Positions 62,397 through 64,000 of a DNA stretch of 64,000 nt are shown here, one piece after another. Numbering within the stretch: the stretch's first letter is position 1; each line of letters begins with the position of its first letter. Under the pieces are notes generated by a model that worked only from the letters and a program-made list of their open reading frames with translations, was not told the origin of the DNA and did no database searches. The position numbers and the translations under genes were made by a program. Source of the DNA: a virus; the IMG/VR virus record IMGVR_UViG_3300031722_000008, positions 32,001 through 96,000 of that record; one strand, written 5' to 3'.

Positions 62397-63302
62397 ATGA
62401 ATATCAATGAATTATTAACAAAGACAACAGGAGAACAAGTAACATTTAAGGCTGTATTAACTAAGAAGGATTTAGCTCCAAAGAATGGTGGAGGGAACTT
62501 TTTAAATATCGGACTTACAGATGCCGATAAAAGATTTACTTTTCCTATATTCGATGAAGTTGAAAAATATGATAAAGGGTTAGTGCAAGGCGTAGCTTAT
62601 TTAGTTGCTGGAACAGTTAATATATGGAACGGTAATCTTCAATTGAAAAATGTGAGATTTAGATCATTAAAGCAAGACGAATATACTGCTGGTGAATTTA
62701 TATCTAGTTATGAAGTTTCTGATGCACTTATCCAAAACTTCAAAAATACAATCAATGATCTTTGTGAGCCTTATAAGACAATTGCTGAACATGCATTTGG
62801 ATTAAAGGGTGATGCAGAAAGATGGACAAAATTCATGACTTGCCCATCAGCAGAAAGTAAACATGGAAATAAAATTGCTGGTCTATTTCTTCATTCAATG
62901 GGTGTTCTAGGAAATATAGTCAATATGAGAAAAATGTACGAAAAGTTAGATATGTACGGAAATGTAGATCAAGCAATTAACTGGGATAGATTAAAACTTA
63001 AAGCTATGATTCATGATTATAAGAAAGTTGATGAATATGAGTATGACACATATATAAGAAGAATACCTAGTGTTGTTGGACATATTTATGATGGAGTAGC
63101 TTATATAGATGAGATAAACAAGGAATGTGATAATATCTTATCTAGAGAAGAGTTAGAAAATATTAAGACAGCTATACTTTCTCATCATGGACAATATGGA
63201 CCTCAACAACCTAAGAGTGAAGAAGACATGTTACTTCACTTATCAGACATGATAGATTCAAGAATAGTTGGTAGAATGGAAGACTGTTCCTTAGAACAAT
63301 AA
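62397..63302 (+). CDS. YhaM-like OB-fold/HD-domain 3'-5' exoribonuclease
   Basis: N-terminal OB fold, PSA..KH....GLFLHS, HDYKK, GH, ILSHHG and LHLSDMIDS motifs. Confidence 0.8.
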   Translation: MNINELLTKTTGEQVTFKAVLTKKDLAPKNGGGNFLNIGLTDADKRFTFPIFDEVEKYDKGLVQGVAYLVAGTVNIWNGNLQLKNVRFRSLKQDEYTAGEFISSYEVSDALIQNFKNTINDLCEPYKTIAEHAFGLKGDAERWTKFMTCPSAESKHGNKIAGLFLHSMGVLGNIVNMRKMYEKLDMYGNVDQAINWDRLKLKAMIHDYKKVDEYEYDTYIRRIPSVVGHIYDGVAYIDEINKECDNILSREELENIKTAILSHHGQYGPQQPKSEEDMLLHLSDMIDSRIVGRMEDCSLEQ

Positions 63303-63434
63303 AAAAATATGGGGTTGCGATAATCGCAACTCCATATTAATAAAAAAAGGAGGAACTCAAAAAATAACACTTAGTAAGAAGACCTTATATTCATTTTAGA
63401 CCTATATTACACATAAAGCAAGGAGGCGATTAGT

Positions 63435-63701
63435 GTGGATGAAAATAAAGTTGAAAACACTAATGAAGTTGCAGACAGTAATGAAGAAATCCAATATATG
63501 GACGAGGCAACGTTCAAGGAACATTTAAAGCAAACCTTTGGTGAAGTATATACATTGAAGGGTTTAAAAAAGAAATATGTTATTGAAAGCGTGGCATATG
63601 GAGGAGTGTTATGTACCAATAAAAAAACAGGATCCATGTGTATATTTATGGACGTAAAATCTGAGACAACACAGTATTTTTATAAATCTGGGGGATTATA
63701 A
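63435..63701 (+). CDS. Hypothetical protein
   Basis: AGGAGG RBS with GTG start. Confidence 0.55.
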   Translation: MDENKVENTNEVADSNEEIQYMDEATFKEHLKQTFGEVYTLKGLKKKYVIESVAYGGVLCTNKKTGSMCIFMDVKSETTQYFYKSGGL

Positions 63702-63845
63702 ATGTTTTTAATTGCAACATTAGTTTTAACTGTATTAAGTTGTTTTAATTTTGCTATCGCTAAAAAGAAAAATGGTATAGCGATTTTCGCAGGAATAGGA
63801 TGCTTACTTTTAGCAGTATTAGTATTAATAATTGGGACTATGTAA
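63702..63845 (+). CDS. 47-aa two-TM protein (not in the ORF track)
   Basis: MFLIATLVLTVLSCFNFAIAKKKNGIAIFAGIGCLLLAVLVLIIGTM. Confidence 0.5.
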   Translation: MFLIATLVLTVLSCFNFAIAKKKNGIAIFAGIGCLLLAVLVLIIGTM

Positions 63846-63864
63846 ATCGAGGGAGAGGATAATA

Positions 63865-64000
63865 TTGAAATCAATTATAAGAGTGACATATATCAATTTC
63901 AAATGTCACAAGTATCTAGTTTTAGACTTCTCTAAATTAACCTGTTTAGTTGGCGCTTCGGACAAAGGTAAGTCAGCTAGTATCAAGGGAATTAAATGGT
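63865..64000 (+). CDS. SbcC/Rad50-like ATPase, 5' partial
   Basis: TTG start after GGGAGAGG. INFKCH...LTCLVGASDKGKSA Walker A. Confidence 0.7.
   Translation, partial: MKSIIRVTYINFKCHKYLVLDFSKLTCLVGASDKGKSASIKGIKW

Overview
This window is 64 kb of a large, low-GC tailed phage genome. The host is probably Clostridium-like, judging from an AbrB with a CxxC tail, YyaC and a sporulation-type sigma factor. All calls were made by eye from motifs; no searches were run. Left part (1-40.8 kb): minus-strand genes, probably late/virion, include a GpA-type terminase large subunit, a SNF2 helicase, a 1082-aa protein and many Gly-zipper or enzyme proteins. Almost all carry a shared [Y]KxxIEKxA / FEKxA peptide tag. 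They are interleaved with plus-strand cassettes that begin with a conserved GTATAAGAYATTAAA motif (21 copies, all on +) and mostly encode very purine-rich small membrane proteins. A sigmaA-type promoter precedes a minus-strand cluster of about 12 tRNA and tRNA-like genes (18.7-20.9 kb), most with remodelled anticodon arms. A 0.6-kb iteron/AT-rich region at about 41.8-42.4 kb, next to a coiled-coil/winged-helix protein, looks like the replication origin. Right part (42.5-64 kb): co-oriented plus-strand genes (SLOG, cold-shock domain, SbcD/SbcC-like, AbrB, PAPS-reductase family, YyaC, YhaM-like and many hypotheticals). Best candidates for new biology: (1) a capsid-targeting/cleavage tag that may load diverse effectors and polyproteins into the virion; (2) a promoter-leader-terminator cassette system; (3) a family of anticodon-remodelled tRNA mimics; (4) a programmed -1 frameshift downstream of the terminase; (5) an RNAP alpha-CTD decoy.
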